From contig JBEKLQ010000001.1 of the NCBI GenBank assembly GCA_050010115.1, positions 5,091 to 69,090 of the forward strand: a DNA stretch of 64,000 nucleotides. Direction: 5' to 3'. Made by a program: the position numbers and the translations under genes. The notes beneath the pieces were generated by a model. The model had not been told where the DNA came from. It saw only the letters and a list, made by a program, of their open reading frames with translations, and did no database searches. This DNA is from Acidimicrobiales bacterium (lineage in GTDB: Bacteria > Actinomycetota > Acidimicrobiia > Acidimicrobiales > Bog-793). Shown piece after piece: positions 37,783-47,422 of this stretch (position 1 is its first letter; the number at the start of each line of letters is the position of its first letter).

Positions 37783-39768
37783 ATGAGCGACGACACCACG
37801 CCCGCAACTGCTGGGGCAACGATCGAGGACTACCTCGCGGAGGAGCGGACGTTCCCTCCATCGGGCAAGACCCGATCCGAGGCGCTCGTCAACGATGACT
37901 CGCTTTACACCGAAGCCGCTGACCGGCTGCGGTTCTGGGACACTCAGGCGCGTGCGCTCACCTGGTTCGAGCCGTGGGAGACGACCCTCGAGTGGGAGCT
38001 CCCATTCGCCAAGTGGTTCGTCGGAGGCAAGCTGAACGTCTCGTACAACTGCCTCGACCGCCACGTCGAGGCCGGGCTCGGCGACCGGGTCGCCTATCAC
38101 TTCGAGGGCGAGCCGGGCGACAGGCGCACGATCACGTATGCGGCACTGCTGGAGGAAGTCGGGCGCTGCGCCAACGCGTTGCGCAGCCTCGGCGTGGAGC
38201 GCGGCGACCGGGTGGCGATCTACATGCCGATGATCCCCGAGCTTGCGGTGGCGATGCTGGCGTGCGCCCGGGTGGGGGCGGCGCATTCGGTGGTGTTCGG
38301 GGGTTTCTCGGCCGATGCCTTGCGCGGCCGGATCGAGGACGCTGACGCACGTGTCCTCATCACCGCCGACGGGGGTTGGCGTCGCGGCCAGCCCGTCCGC
38401 CTGAAGGCGAGCGCCGATCTCGCGCTGGCGGGTGGGGCCGAGTCGATCGAGCACGTGATCGTGGCCCGCCGGTTAGGCGATGCCGCCGGCGACACCCACA
38501 TGGCCGAGGGCCGGGACGTCTGGTGGCACGACATCGTCCCGCAGCAGGACGCCCACTGCCCGCCAGAGGCCATGGACTCAGAAGATCTGCTCTTTCTCCT
38601 CTACACCTCCGGCACCACCGCGACGCCCAAAGGCATCATGCACACCTCCGGCGGTTACCTCACCCAGGTCGCCTACACGCACAAGTACGTGTTCGACCAC
38701 GTGCCCGAGCGTGACGTCTACTGGTGCGCAGCCGACATCGGATGGGTGACGGGCCACAGCTACATCGTCTACGGACCGCTCGCCAACGCGGCGACGAGCG
38801 TGCTGTACGAGGGCACGCCGGACCACCCCGGCCGCGACCGATGGTGGTCGATCATCGAGCGTTACGGCGTCACGATCCTGTACACGGCGCCCACGGCGAT
38901 CCGCACGTTCATGAAGTGGGGCGCCGAGCACCCGGCTGCCCACGATCTTTCCAGCCTGCGGATTCTCGGATCCGTCGGCGAGCCGATCAACCCCGAGGCA
39001 TGGGTCTGGTACTACGAGCACATCGGTGGCGGGCGCTGCCCGGTCGTCGACACGTGGTGGCAGACCGAGACGGGAGCCATCATGATCTCGCCGCTCCCGG
39101 GTGTGACGACGCTGAAGCCGGGCTCTGCGACGTTCCCGCTCCCGGGCATCTCGGCAGAGCTCGTGGACGAAGCCGGTGAGCCCGTTACCCGAGGAGGGGG
39201 ATACCTGACGCTGCCCGAGCCGTGGCCGGCGATGTTGCGCGGGATCTACGGGGACCCGGAGCGGTACCAGGCGACGTACTGGAGCCGTTTCGCCGGGCGG
39301 TACTTCGCCGGTGACGGGGCCAAGCTCGATGCCGACGGTTACCTGTGGCTCCTCGGTCGTGTCGACGACGTCATGAACGTCTCAGGCCACCGGGTCTCCA
39401 CGACCGAGGTGGAGTCTGCCCTCGTCGATCATGCGAGCGTCGCCGAGGCGGCGGTGGTGGGGGCAAACGACGCCACGACCGGCCAGGCCATCATCGCGTT
39501 CGTGACGCTGCGGAGCGGGTACGAGGCGAGCCTGGAGCACGGCGAGATGCTGCGGGCCCACGTCTCGGTCAAGATCGGGGCGATCGCCAGGCCGAAGACC
39601 GTGATCTTCACCGACGATCTGCCGAAGACCCGGTCGGGCAAGATCATGCGCCGGCTCCTGCGCGACGTCGCCGAGGGCCGCGATCTCGGGGACACGACCA
39701 CGCTGGCCGATCCGGCGGTCGTCGAGGAGTTGCGGACCCGCTCGACCACGCACCCGACCGAGGAGTAG
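37783..39768 (+). CDS. acs: Acetyl-CoA synthetase
   Basis: 'WFEPWETTLEWELPFAKWFVGGKLNVSYNCLDRH', 'LLYTSGTTATPKG', 'WWQTETG', and 'LPKTRSGKIMRRLLR' (acetylatable Lys motif). Confidence 0.95.
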   Translation: MSDDTTPATAGATIEDYLAEERTFPPSGKTRSEALVNDDSLYTEAADRLRFWDTQARALTWFEPWETTLEWELPFAKWFVGGKLNVSYNCLDRHVEAGLGDRVAYHFEGEPGDRRTITYAALLEEVGRCANALRSLGVERGDRVAIYMPMIPELAVAMLACARVGAAHSVVFGGFSADALRGRIEDADARVLITADGGWRRGQPVRLKASADLALAGGAESIEHVIVARRLGDAAGDTHMAEGRDVWWHDIVPQQDAHCPPEAMDSEDLLFLLYTSGTTATPKGIMHTSGGYLTQVAYTHKYVFDHVPERDVYWCAADIGWVTGHSYIVYGPLANAATSVLYEGTPDHPGRDRWWSIIERYGVTILYTAPTAIRTFMKWGAEHPAAHDLSSLRILGSVGEPINPEAWVWYYEHIGGGRCPVVDTWWQTETGAIMISPLPGVTTLKPGSATFPLPGISAELVDEAGEPVTRGGGYLTLPEPWPAMLRGIYGDPERYQATYWSRFAGRYFAGDGAKLDADGYLWLLGRVDDVMNVSGHRVSTTEVESALVDHASVAEAAVVGANDATTGQAIIAFVTLRSGYEASLEHGEMLRAHVSVKIGAIARPKTVIFTDDLPKTRSGKIMRRLLRDVAEGRDLGDTTTLADPAVVEELRTRSTTHPTEE

Positions 39769-39809
39769 CGCCGAAGCGACCCGCCGTCGCTCTGTGCCGG
39801 CTCTCCGGC

Positions 39810-40298
39810 TCAATCCCGGTAGTTGCCGAACTGCAGGGGGATGTCGAAGTCCGCCTCCTTCAGCGCCGCGATCACGTCTTGCAGGTCGTCGCGCTTCTTG
39901 CCGATGACCCTGACCTGTTCGCTCTGGGTCTGCGAGCTCACGCCCTTCAAGCCGAGATCCTTGATCAGCTTGTTGATGCGCTTGGCATGGTCGGAGGAGA
40001 TCCCGGCATTCAGTGTCGCCGTCTGGCGGACCGCACCACGAGATCCTTCCTCGATCTTGCCGTACTGGACCGCCTTGAGGGATACCTGCCGCCGTACGAG
40101 TTTCTCCTCCAGCACCTGCACGAGCGCCCTCAGGCGGTCCTCGGTGGGCGCGTGGAGGGAGATCTCGTGACCCTTCAGCTCGAGCGAGGCGCCGGTGTTC
40201 TTGAAGTCGAAACGCGTAGCCACCTCTCTCGAAGCCTGGTCAACAGCGTTGCGAACCTCCTGGAGATCAACCTCGGACGTGACGTCAAAGCTCGGCAT
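39810..40298 (-). CDS. yajQ: YajQ-family (UPF0234) nucleotide / cyclic-di-GMP-binding protein
   Basis: 'MPSFDVTSEVDLQEVRNAVDQASREVATRFDFK' is the characteristic YajQ N-terminus. Length is 162 aa. Confidence 0.88.
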   Translation of the reverse strand: MPSFDVTSEVDLQEVRNAVDQASREVATRFDFKNTGASLELKGHEISLHAPTEDRLRALVQVLEEKLVRRQVSLKAVQYGKIEEGSRGAVRQTATLNAGISSDHAKRINKLIKDLGLKGVSSQTQSEQVRVIGKKRDDLQDVIAALKEADFDIPLQFGNYRD

Positions 40299-40402
40299 GC
40301 GAGCAAGCTACCGCGGGAAGGCCAGGCCTTCTGTTCCGACGGGCGGAACGGACCGAAGACTGACCACGAGTCCCCGGGCGGTCGATTATGGTGACGGACC
40401 GC

Positions 40403-40487
40403 GGGTCGGTACCCAAGTGGCCAAAGGGAGCAGACTGTAAATCTGTCGGCGCAGCCTTCGAAGGTTCGAATCCTTCCCGGCCCACCA
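40403..40487 (+). tRNA. tRNA-Tyr (GTA), long variable arm, CCA encoded
   Basis: Manual fold: acceptor GGGTCGG/CCGGCCC, anticodon loop 'CTGTAAA', T-arm GAAGG-TTCGAAT-CCTTC. Close to E. coli tRNA-Tyr. Confidence 0.95.
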
Positions 40488-40600
40488 GCGATCAGAAACT
40501 GTGAGCAGCGCCGCGAGGTCGAGCCCATCGACCGGCCCACTGCAGCAAGCGGCGAACGACAACAGGGCGCGGCACAACGGCCGTTCGGGACGAAACCGAG

Positions 40601-41011
40601 GTGGAGATGACGATCCCGTGGGTGTTCGATCTGTCGTCGACGTTCGTCCATCTCGGTTTGGGTGGGACCGCTACCGAGCTGCCGGATTTCGAGTGGACCG
40701 CAGACTTCCTCGACCGGTACGAGGCCGAGACCAGGAGTGACGGACCGGACGGTCGGCTCGTTGTCCTCAGCCCTCAGGAGGAACACTGGTCGACCTGGGA
40801 GCGCCATCCCGCCGGCGAGGAGGTGGTCATCCAGATGTCCGGCCGCGCCGTCCTCATTCAGGACCTCCCGGACGGGGAGAACCGATGCGTGCTCGACCCT
40901 GGGCACGCGGTCATCAACCCGCGGGGCGTCTGGCACACCTCTGACGTGCTCGAACCGGGCATGGCGCTGTTCATCACTCCGGGGTTCGGCACCGAGCACC
41001 GTCCCCGTTGA
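40601..41011 (+). CDS. Cupin-domain protein
   Basis: GAGGTGGAG RBS. 'HPAGEEVVIQMSGRAVL...GHAVINPRGVWHT...ALFITPG' follows the cupin two-motif pattern. Confidence 0.65.
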   Translation: MEMTIPWVFDLSSTFVHLGLGGTATELPDFEWTADFLDRYEAETRSDGPDGRLVVLSPQEEHWSTWERHPAGEEVVIQMSGRAVLIQDLPDGENRCVLDPGHAVINPRGVWHTSDVLEPGMALFITPGFGTEHRPR

Positions 41012-41032
41012 TCAGCGGGTCCGCGACAGGCC

Positions 41033-43762
41033 CTAGCCCTCCGGGGCACCCGTCGCCTTCGCTCCAGCCCGCTTCCTCCGCCGGAGGGCGACCACGTCGG
41101 CAACCGCCAGCCCGAGGAGCACGAGCGTGCCACCCAGCGCCACCAACTGGCCATCGCCCCACCCCGGAGCGACGTAGACGAACGTGACGGTCGACTCGCC
41201 GGCTGGGACAGTCACCTGCTGCACCAGGCCGTGACGCCGCACGTCGGCAACGGACGACCGCCCATCGTGGGCGATGGTCGCCTGCCACCCCGCCACGGCT
41301 GCCATGGATCGCACGAGGGATGCCGCCTGCGACGTGGTCACCTCTACCGAGACCGCGCCGGTCCATGGGTCGCTCGAGACGACCTTCCAGGAGGCCCCAG
41401 GGGAGGCCACGGTGAACGGAGCCGCAGCCGCGTGGTTGACGAACGCCGAGAAACCCCCCACCCCGTCGACCTCCACCCATCCCGCCGCTCCGACCGGTGC
41501 CGCCAGCGGCCCGTCGGTCGCGAAGCTCGTCCCGCTGCTCGCACGCACCTGCGGTTCGGTGATCGCCACGGCGCCGGTGACCTGGCTACCACCGAGCGAG
41601 ATGCCGAACGCCGGCACCGGCGGGGCGAAGCGGATCGACACCTCGTCCGCCGCCAGCCGAGTCCGACCCTGCGTGGCGATCAGGCCGCCCGGGCCGATGA
41701 GGCGCACGCTGCCGGCGAGGGAGCGGACCGACGAGGGGTTGGCGGACCCGGCAAGGTCGAGCACCAACCCGCTGACATCGACCTGCTCGCCGAACCACCG
41801 GCGGACCGATGCTCTCGGGCCCACCTCCAGGGCTGGGTGCGAGGTATTGGACACCGGCCCGACGAGCTGTGACGGGAGCGTCAGCAACGCCGTCACGCCG
41901 AGGGCGGAGAACGTGCCGCTCGTGAACCCTTGTGGAGCGGCGCCGTCTTGCACGTGGGTTCCCGTCGCCGACGCGTACGGCCCCCACATGAGCGAGCCAT
42001 ACCCGCCGGCTTCCGGCAACCGGTCGAGCACGCCAAGGTCAGGTGCTCCGATCCGGTCGAGGCCGAGTCCGTCGACGAGACGAGGGTCGACCACGAGGAC
42101 CCGGCCGGAGCCGGCCAGGGCTGCGACGGCGAGGCCGTCGGAGGGGGTGAGCGCCGAGCGGTTTTGAGGTGCCAGTGATGACTGGTTGATGTTCATGAGC
42201 AACAGGTCGACCACGACCAAGGACACGACGAGCAGCACCCGCCGCCTCGGAGGAGCCCGCCAGCCGAGCAGCAGCAAGGCGCCGGCGGCGGCCGCCAAAC
42301 CGGTACTGACGAGCAGATAGGGCAGCACGCCTCCCAGGCTCCAGCCCGTGCCGGCGTGGACCGAGAGCGCTCCACCTGCGGGCCGGCGCGTGATCACCGT
42401 CGCAACGACCACGGCGAGCACCCCGAGCAACGGCACCAGTCCCGCACTCATCTGCAGGCGGCTCAGGCGCTTCGAGACGAGGCCATCGACGAAGTAGCCC
42501 GTCGACAGCGACGCCGAGAGGGCGAACAGGATCAGGGCCCGGCTGGGCAGGCGCTGATCGCCGACGACCGGGAGCTTCGAGATCACGTGCTCCAGGGGAG
42601 TGTGGTCGCCGGAGACGATGAGCAGCGAGGCGGCCAGCAGCACGAGCCAGATGCGCCAGCGCCACGCGGTTGGTTCCCGCCATCGTGCGAGCAGCACGGC
42701 GACGGCGACCAGGGCGAGCGTGCCGGGGTAGGCATTGACTTCCGCGAGAGGGAACGATCCGGCGAAGTTCCGTAGGCCGATGGCGCCGCCGCCGCGCACG
42801 TGCGGCACGAGCAGCTCGAGGAAGTTCGCCCACGTGAGCGAACCGCCCGAGATGAACGAGTAAGACGGGTGCGCCCGCTGCGAGACCGACACGAATTCGG
42901 CGGCCGGCAGCCACTGCAGCGCTCCGACGGCGACGCCGCCGAGGCCGCCGAGCCCCGCCCACGCCACGAGGCGCAGCCGGGCGGTGAGCCGCCGGCCCTC
43001 GCCCGCCGGCTGCAACAGCAGGTGGACCAAGTAGGCGCCGCCTGCGACCGCTGCGTCGATGACGATGTCGGGGCTCCCGCACAGGCAGATCCACGTGGTG
43101 GCGGCGGCGAGTAGCAGCACGTGCCGGCGGCGTGAGTCCGGACCGCGCGCCGCCAGCCCGTGCAGGGCCACGAGCGCCCAGCCGAGGGCGGCGGCGGCGG
43201 CGGCGAAGTCGATGTGAACGATCTGGGAGCTGACGAAGCCCCCCAACCCGAAACTCGCCCCGCCCAAACCTGCTGCGAGCGAGCTGCAGCCGGTCCGGCG
43301 CAGGAAGAGCTGGCAGCCGATGGCGGCGCCCGCGAGCACCATGACCTCGCCGGCGACCCAGGCAGCCAGCGGCGGCAGTACGGCGAACAGCAGGGTGATC
43401 GGCAGCAACCCATGCGCGTTCACGCCGCCGAGGAGCGGGGTTCCCGACCACAGGTAACTGTTGAACAGTGGCAGGTGGCCGTGGCGCAGCACCTGGCCCG
43501 AGAAGGCTTCGAGTGGGTAATTCTGCGCCAGGTCATCGCCGGTGATGAGCGGGTAGCCGGCCAGGGAGGCTGCTGTGAGCACCAGCGCCGGCACGCCGGC
43601 GATCACGCCGGCGATCCTCCAGTCCGTGCGGTCCCACGCTCGGTCAACGGGGATCTTCGGCGCGGGCACGGCAGATCGTAGGGCCCGGCGGGGCTCCCGG
43701 CTTGGCCCCCGGCGCGACGAGGCCTCCGCGCAGCGAAGGGCTCCGCTTGACCGACGGCGCAA
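41033..43762 (-). CDS. Large polytopic membrane protein, GT-C/YfhO-like putative glycosyltransferase with an extracytoplasmic C-terminal domain and terminal TM anchor
   Basis: More than 10 hydrophobic helices in the N-terminal ~550 aa. The first loop, 'GDDLAQNYPLEAFSGQVLRHGHLPLFNSYLWSGTPLLG', resembles YfhO-type proteins. The start codon is uncertain. The function is assigned by resemblance only. Confidence 0.55.
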   Translation of the reverse strand: MRRRSSGALRCAEASSRRGPSREPRRALRSAVPAPKIPVDRAWDRTDWRIAGVIAGVPALVLTAASLAGYPLITGDDLAQNYPLEAFSGQVLRHGHLPLFNSYLWSGTPLLGGVNAHGLLPITLLFAVLPPLAAWVAGEVMVLAGAAIGCQLFLRRTGCSSLAAGLGGASFGLGGFVSSQIVHIDFAAAAAALGWALVALHGLAARGPDSRRRHVLLLAAATTWICLCGSPDIVIDAAVAGGAYLVHLLLQPAGEGRRLTARLRLVAWAGLGGLGGVAVGALQWLPAAEFVSVSQRAHPSYSFISGGSLTWANFLELLVPHVRGGGAIGLRNFAGSFPLAEVNAYPGTLALVAVAVLLARWREPTAWRWRIWLVLLAASLLIVSGDHTPLEHVISKLPVVGDQRLPSRALILFALSASLSTGYFVDGLVSKRLSRLQMSAGLVPLLGVLAVVVATVITRRPAGGALSVHAGTGWSLGGVLPYLLVSTGLAAAAGALLLLGWRAPPRRRVLLVVSLVVVDLLLMNINQSSLAPQNRSALTPSDGLAVAALAGSGRVLVVDPRLVDGLGLDRIGAPDLGVLDRLPEAGGYGSLMWGPYASATGTHVQDGAAPQGFTSGTFSALGVTALLTLPSQLVGPVSNTSHPALEVGPRASVRRWFGEQVDVSGLVLDLAGSANPSSVRSLAGSVRLIGPGGLIATQGRTRLAADEVSIRFAPPVPAFGISLGGSQVTGAVAITEPQVRASSGTSFATDGPLAAPVGAAGWVEVDGVGGFSAFVNHAAAAPFTVASPGASWKVVSSDPWTGAVSVEVTTSQAASLVRSMAAVAGWQATIAHDGRSSVADVRRHGLVQQVTVPAGESTVTFVYVAPGWGDGQLVALGGTLVLLGLAVADVVALRRRKRAGAKATGAPEG

Positions 43763-43927
43763 ACGGCCCCGCTGGTACCATCGGAGTCGCAGTGGCTCGG
43801 TCCCGCATGAGCGCCGAGACCGCCGTGGCGTTCGAGCGCGAGTTTGATTCGCGCAAGGCCAGCCGGGCCTGAGTTTCGGCAGGTGGCCGGTGCCCGCAGC
43901 GGGCCCGGTGGATCGCGACAGGACGAG

Positions 43928-45655
43928 ATGACGACCTCGGTAGGCCCGGAAAGTGACGTCCCGGCAACGGGGAGCAAGCGAGTACTGGCTGCGACCTTGC
44001 GGCCGCTCGGTGCAGCGTGGTCCGCCGTCAACCTGCTGCGGATGCCGGCGCCCGAAGCGGACCCGTTCGTTGCCGGCGAGACCCGCATCGCCAAGGTGAT
44101 GTGGCCGTCGGCGCTCGCCGGCGCCGTCGGTTCACTGCTCGTGCTGTGGGGAGCGTCGCAACCCACATCGCCGTTCACCCTCAACCATGCGACGCTCTCG
44201 ACGTTGCCAGGGCCGCTGCAGTCCGGCGTGAGGACCTGGTACTTCGGCACGGAGGCAGTGGGCGGCCATGGTGACGTGCTGGTCGGAGTCGTGGCGGTCT
44301 ATGCGGGCATGTTCCTCATGATCAAAGGTTGGATGGGCCTGATCAGGGTCACGCGACTGCACCCCGGCACGCCCGTGCGGCACTTCGTGCCGCTGTTCAT
44401 CGTGTGGATGCTCCCCCTCCTCGTCGTGGCGCCGTTGTTCAGCCACGACGCTTACAGCTACGCCGCCCAGGGGGAGGAGATCACGCGGCACATCAACCCC
44501 TACATCTACTCGCCAGCTGTGCTCGGTGTCGGCGGGAACCCGTGGGCTTCGGGCGTGGACACGCTGTGGGGCAGTACGACTTCTCCCTACGGTCCGGTGT
44601 TCTTGTGGCTCGCCGGCGCCGTCGTCGGTGGCGTGAACCACAACTACTTGGCATCGGTGGCCGGGTTTCGGTTGCTGGCGGTGGCCGGCGTCGTCCTGCT
44701 CGCTGTCTACGCACCCCGTCTCGCACGCAGCTACGGGCACGACCCGGCGAGAGCGTTCGTGCTGGCGGCGCTCAGCCCGCTCGTGCTCCTCCACCTCGTG
44801 GCGGGAGAGCACAACGACGCCCTCATGATCGGGCTGCTCGTGGCCGGCCTGGCCCTCGCCCGAGAACGTCACCCGATCATCGGGATCATCCTGTGCTCGC
44901 TCGCCGGCCTCGTGAAGGTTCCCGGTCTGGTCGGCGTCGTCTATGTGGCCTGGGACTGGAGCGGTGGCGGCACCCCGGTGCGCGGGCGGCTGAAACTGAC
45001 CGCTGCAGGGCTCGCCATCTCCGGCATCACCCTGGCCGTCGTTACCGAGGCGATAGTCCTCATGACCCGGGCTGTCGGGAGCGGCTGGGGGTGGGTGTCA
45101 GCCCTGTGGAACCCCAGCTCGGTCAACTCGTGGATGGACCCGGCCACAGGTCTCGGGACGTTGCTCGGCAAGGTGGTCAACGGCGTGGGCCTCGGCATGC
45201 ACGTGGCCACCATCGTGTCGGTCAGCCGGGCCTTGGGCCTGCTGGGCGCGGCGGCGATCGGGTTGTGGCTGTTGCTCCGAGCCGACGGGGTCGGCAGCCT
45301 CCGGGGCGTCGGGCTCACGCTCCTTGCCTTCGCCGCCCTCGGGCCCGTCGTGCAACCGTGGTACCTGGTGTGGGGGCTTGTCGTGCTCGCTCCTATCGCC
45401 GCGGGGCTCACCCGGTCGGCGATCGTGGCCGTGTCGGCGGTGTTCTCGTTTCTCGGGTTGCCCGGCGGCCGGATGCTGCTCCGGGATCTCGGGCGGGCGA
45501 GCCCGCTCCTGATCGCCGCTGCGGTGGCCGCCCTGGCGCTGGTGGGCCTCCTCTCGCTCACGCCGCGCATCCGCCAGCTGCTGCGGGAGCGCCGTGCACG
45601 GGCAGCCGATCGCCTCGCCGAGGACAAGGCGAGCGTGCCGGCGGGCGGCACATGA
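43928..45655 (+). CDS. Polyprenol-phosphate-mannose-dependent mannosyltransferase-like membrane protein (MptA/MptB-like, GT-C)
   Basis: 'FSHDAYSYAAQGEEITRHINPYIYSPAVLG...LWGSTTSPYGPVFLWL' is the loop motif I associate with mycobacterial MptB-type enzymes. Many TM helices. The start is uncertain (ATG 43928, or downstream near 44040-44100). Confidence 0.65.
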   Translation: MTTSVGPESDVPATGSKRVLAATLRPLGAAWSAVNLLRMPAPEADPFVAGETRIAKVMWPSALAGAVGSLLVLWGASQPTSPFTLNHATLSTLPGPLQSGVRTWYFGTEAVGGHGDVLVGVVAVYAGMFLMIKGWMGLIRVTRLHPGTPVRHFVPLFIVWMLPLLVVAPLFSHDAYSYAAQGEEITRHINPYIYSPAVLGVGGNPWASGVDTLWGSTTSPYGPVFLWLAGAVVGGVNHNYLASVAGFRLLAVAGVVLLAVYAPRLARSYGHDPARAFVLAALSPLVLLHLVAGEHNDALMIGLLVAGLALARERHPIIGIILCSLAGLVKVPGLVGVVYVAWDWSGGGTPVRGRLKLTAAGLAISGITLAVVTEAIVLMTRAVGSGWGWVSALWNPSSVNSWMDPATGLGTLLGKVVNGVGLGMHVATIVSVSRALGLLGAAAIGLWLLLRADGVGSLRGVGLTLLAFAALGPVVQPWYLVWGLVVLAPIAAGLTRSAIVAVSAVFSFLGLPGGRMLLRDLGRASPLLIAAAVAALALVGLLSLTPRIRQLLRERRARAADRLAEDKASVPAGGT

Positions 45656-46422
45656 CCGCGACCGTCCAGGTGTCGGCCGACGGCCCGGTCCTCACGGTCA
45701 CGATCGATCGTCCGGAGGTCCGCAACGCCGTGGATCGCCCGACTGCGGCGGCGTTGGCGGATGCGTTTCGTTCTTTCGAGGCGGCCGGCGAGCTGTCGGT
45801 GGCGGTGCTGACCGGGTCCGGGGGCACGTTCTGCGCCGGAGCGGATCTGAGGGCGATCGCGTCGGGACGAGGCAACCGCGTCGAGATCACCGGCGACGGA
45901 CCGATGGGGCCAACCCGGCTCCGTCTTTCCAAGCCGGTCATCGCGGCAGTGTCCGGCCATGCGGTCGCCGGCGGTCTCGAGCTCGCGCTGTGGTGCGACC
46001 TGCGGGTGGCCGACGAGACGGCAGTATTCGGCGTGTTCTGCCGCCGGTGGGGCGTGCCGCTCGTCGACGGGGGCACCGTGCGGTTGCCCCGCTTGATCGG
46101 CATGAGCCGGGCGCTCGATTTGATCCTGACGGGCCGACCGGTGGGTGCCGCCGAGGCGCTCGCGCTGGGCCTTGCCAACCGCGTCGTGCCGGCCGGCGAA
46201 GCCTTGACTGCTGCCCGGGAGATCGCCGCCGAGATCGCCGGCTTGCCGCAGGCCTGCCTGCGCTCGGACCGGATGAGTGTCCTCGAGCAAGAAGGGCTGG
46301 ACACCGAGGCGGCGCTGTCGAACGAGGTCCGGCGGGGTATCCCGGTGCTCGGCGAGGCGGTGACCGGGGCGGCCCGGTTCGCTGCCGGCGCCGGGCGCCA
46401 TGGTGAGAAGGCGTCCGGCTGA
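45652..46422 (+). CDS. Enoyl-CoA hydratase/isomerase (crotonase) family protein
   Basis: 'VLTVTIDRPEVRNAV', 'LTGSGGTFCAGADL' and 'KPVIAAVSGHAVAGGLELALWCDLRVA'. The ATG overlaps the stop of the preceding gene (ATGA). The rest of ORF 44329..46422 is an out-of-frame artefact. Confidence 0.9.
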   Translation: MTATVQVSADGPVLTVTIDRPEVRNAVDRPTAAALADAFRSFEAAGELSVAVLTGSGGTFCAGADLRAIASGRGNRVEITGDGPMGPTRLRLSKPVIAAVSGHAVAGGLELALWCDLRVADETAVFGVFCRRWGVPLVDGGTVRLPRLIGMSRALDLILTGRPVGAAEALALGLANRVVPAGEALTAAREIAAEIAGLPQACLRSDRMSVLEQEGLDTEAALSNEVRRGIPVLGEAVTGAARFAAGAGRHGEKASG

Positions 46423-46425
46423 CGC

Positions 46426-46911
46426 TCAGAGCATGTGCTGGGCGAGGGCCACGTCGAGCCAGCGCCCGAACTTGCGGCCGACCTCACGCTCGACGCCGAT
46501 GATCTCGAAGCCGCACGCCTTGTGCAACGCGATCGACGCCACCTGCTCGGTGATGATGCGCCCGATGACCGAATGGAAACCGTGGCTGCGCGCCGCCTCG
46601 ACAGCCCCGCTCAGCAGCAGCCGCCCGACGCCTTGGCCACGGTACTCCTCGGCGACATAGACCGAGTCCTCGACGGCGGTGGCGTAGCCCGGCCTCGGCC
46701 GGTAGGCGGACAACGACGAGAAACCCGCCACCTTTCCCCCGTCATCAGCCACCATCACGGGGTAGACGCCCGAGTGGCCGGACATCCAAGCAGCCTGGTC
46801 GGACACTGATCGCGGGACGAGGTCGAGGGTCGCCGTCGACGACAGCACCTCGGCGTTGTAGATGAGGCGTATCGCCTCCGAGTCACTCTCGACGGCCCGC
46901 CGTAGCAACAT
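46426..46911 (-). CDS. GNAT-family N-acetyltransferase (phosphinothricin-acetyltransferase-like)
   Basis: 'YVAEEYRGQGVGRLLL' acetyl-CoA-binding motif and 'ASIALHKACGFEIIGV'. The likely start is ATG 46911 ('MLLRRAVESD'). Confidence 0.85.
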   Translation of the reverse strand: MLLRRAVESDSEAIRLIYNAEVLSSTATLDLVPRSVSDQAAWMSGHSGVYPVMVADDGGKVAGFSSLSAYRPRPGYATAVEDSVYVAEEYRGQGVGRLLLSGAVEAARSHGFHSVIGRIITEQVASIALHKACGFEIIGVEREVGRKFGRWLDVALAQHML

Positions 46912-47034
46912 GGCGGCCGATCGTAGTGACCTGCAGCGGTACCACCGAATGACCTGGTCCGGAAGTCCTTGTTCAGCAACTGACCGCACGGCCGATATGA
47001 TCTCGTCGCGGGCATGCCCACCGGGGGCGTGATC

Positions 47035-47107
47035 GCCCCCTTAGCTCAGTCGGCAGAGCACAGCCATGGTAAGGCTGGTGTCGTCGGTTCGATTCCGACA
47101 GGGGGCT
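47035..47107 (+). tRNA. tRNA-Thr (GGT)
   Basis: Manual cloverleaf: acceptor GCCCCCT/AGGGGGC, anticodon loop 'ATGGTAA', T-arm GTCGG-TTCGATT-CCGAC. Confidence 0.95.
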
Positions 47108-47110
47108 CAG

Positions 47111-47184
47111 GGCGGCGTAGCTCAGTTGGTAAGAGCACACGGCTCATAATCGTGGGGTCGCGGGTTCGAGTCCCGCCGCCGCTA
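47111..47184 (+). tRNA. tRNA-Met (CAT), elongator type
   Basis: Acceptor GGCGGCG/CGCCGCT, anticodon loop 'CTCATAA', T-arm GCGGG-TTCGAGT-CCCGC. It lacks the initiator GGG/CCC anticodon stem. Confidence 0.93.
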
Positions 47185-47227
47185 CCCGGAGCAGTATCAG
47201 AGTCGTACGACACGAGGATCAAGACAC

Positions 47228-47392
47228 ATGGCCAAGAACGAGAAGCGCGTGCAGGTGACGCTCGCTTGTGAGGTCTGCAAGCGTCGTAACTACATCACGA
47301 CGAAGAACAAGCAGAACGACCGCGAGCGGATCGAGATGAAGAAGTACTGCCGATGGGAGCGCCAGCACACGCTCCACAAGGAGACCCGCTGA
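47228..47392 (+). CDS. rpmG: 50S ribosomal protein L33 (54 aa, below the ORF-track size cut-off)
   Basis: My translation is '[54 protein letters not shown]', a typical L33. It follows tRNA-Thr/Met, as in other actinobacteria. Confidence 0.92.
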   Translation: MAKNEKRVQVTLACEVCKRRNYITTKNKQNDRERIEMKKYCRWERQHTLHKETR

Positions 47393-47422
47393 CCCGTCAC
47401 TCGAGCAACTAGTGATGTCGAG

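Noticed and set aside
40403-41030. A genomic island or integrated element next to tRNA-Tyr, or next to the tRNA-Thr/Met/Trp genes.
   Set aside because: I could identify no integrase, recombinase or phage gene and no direct repeat of a tRNA 3' end. The flanking genes (yajQ, cupin, GT-C proteins) have the same GC-rich composition as the rest of the window.
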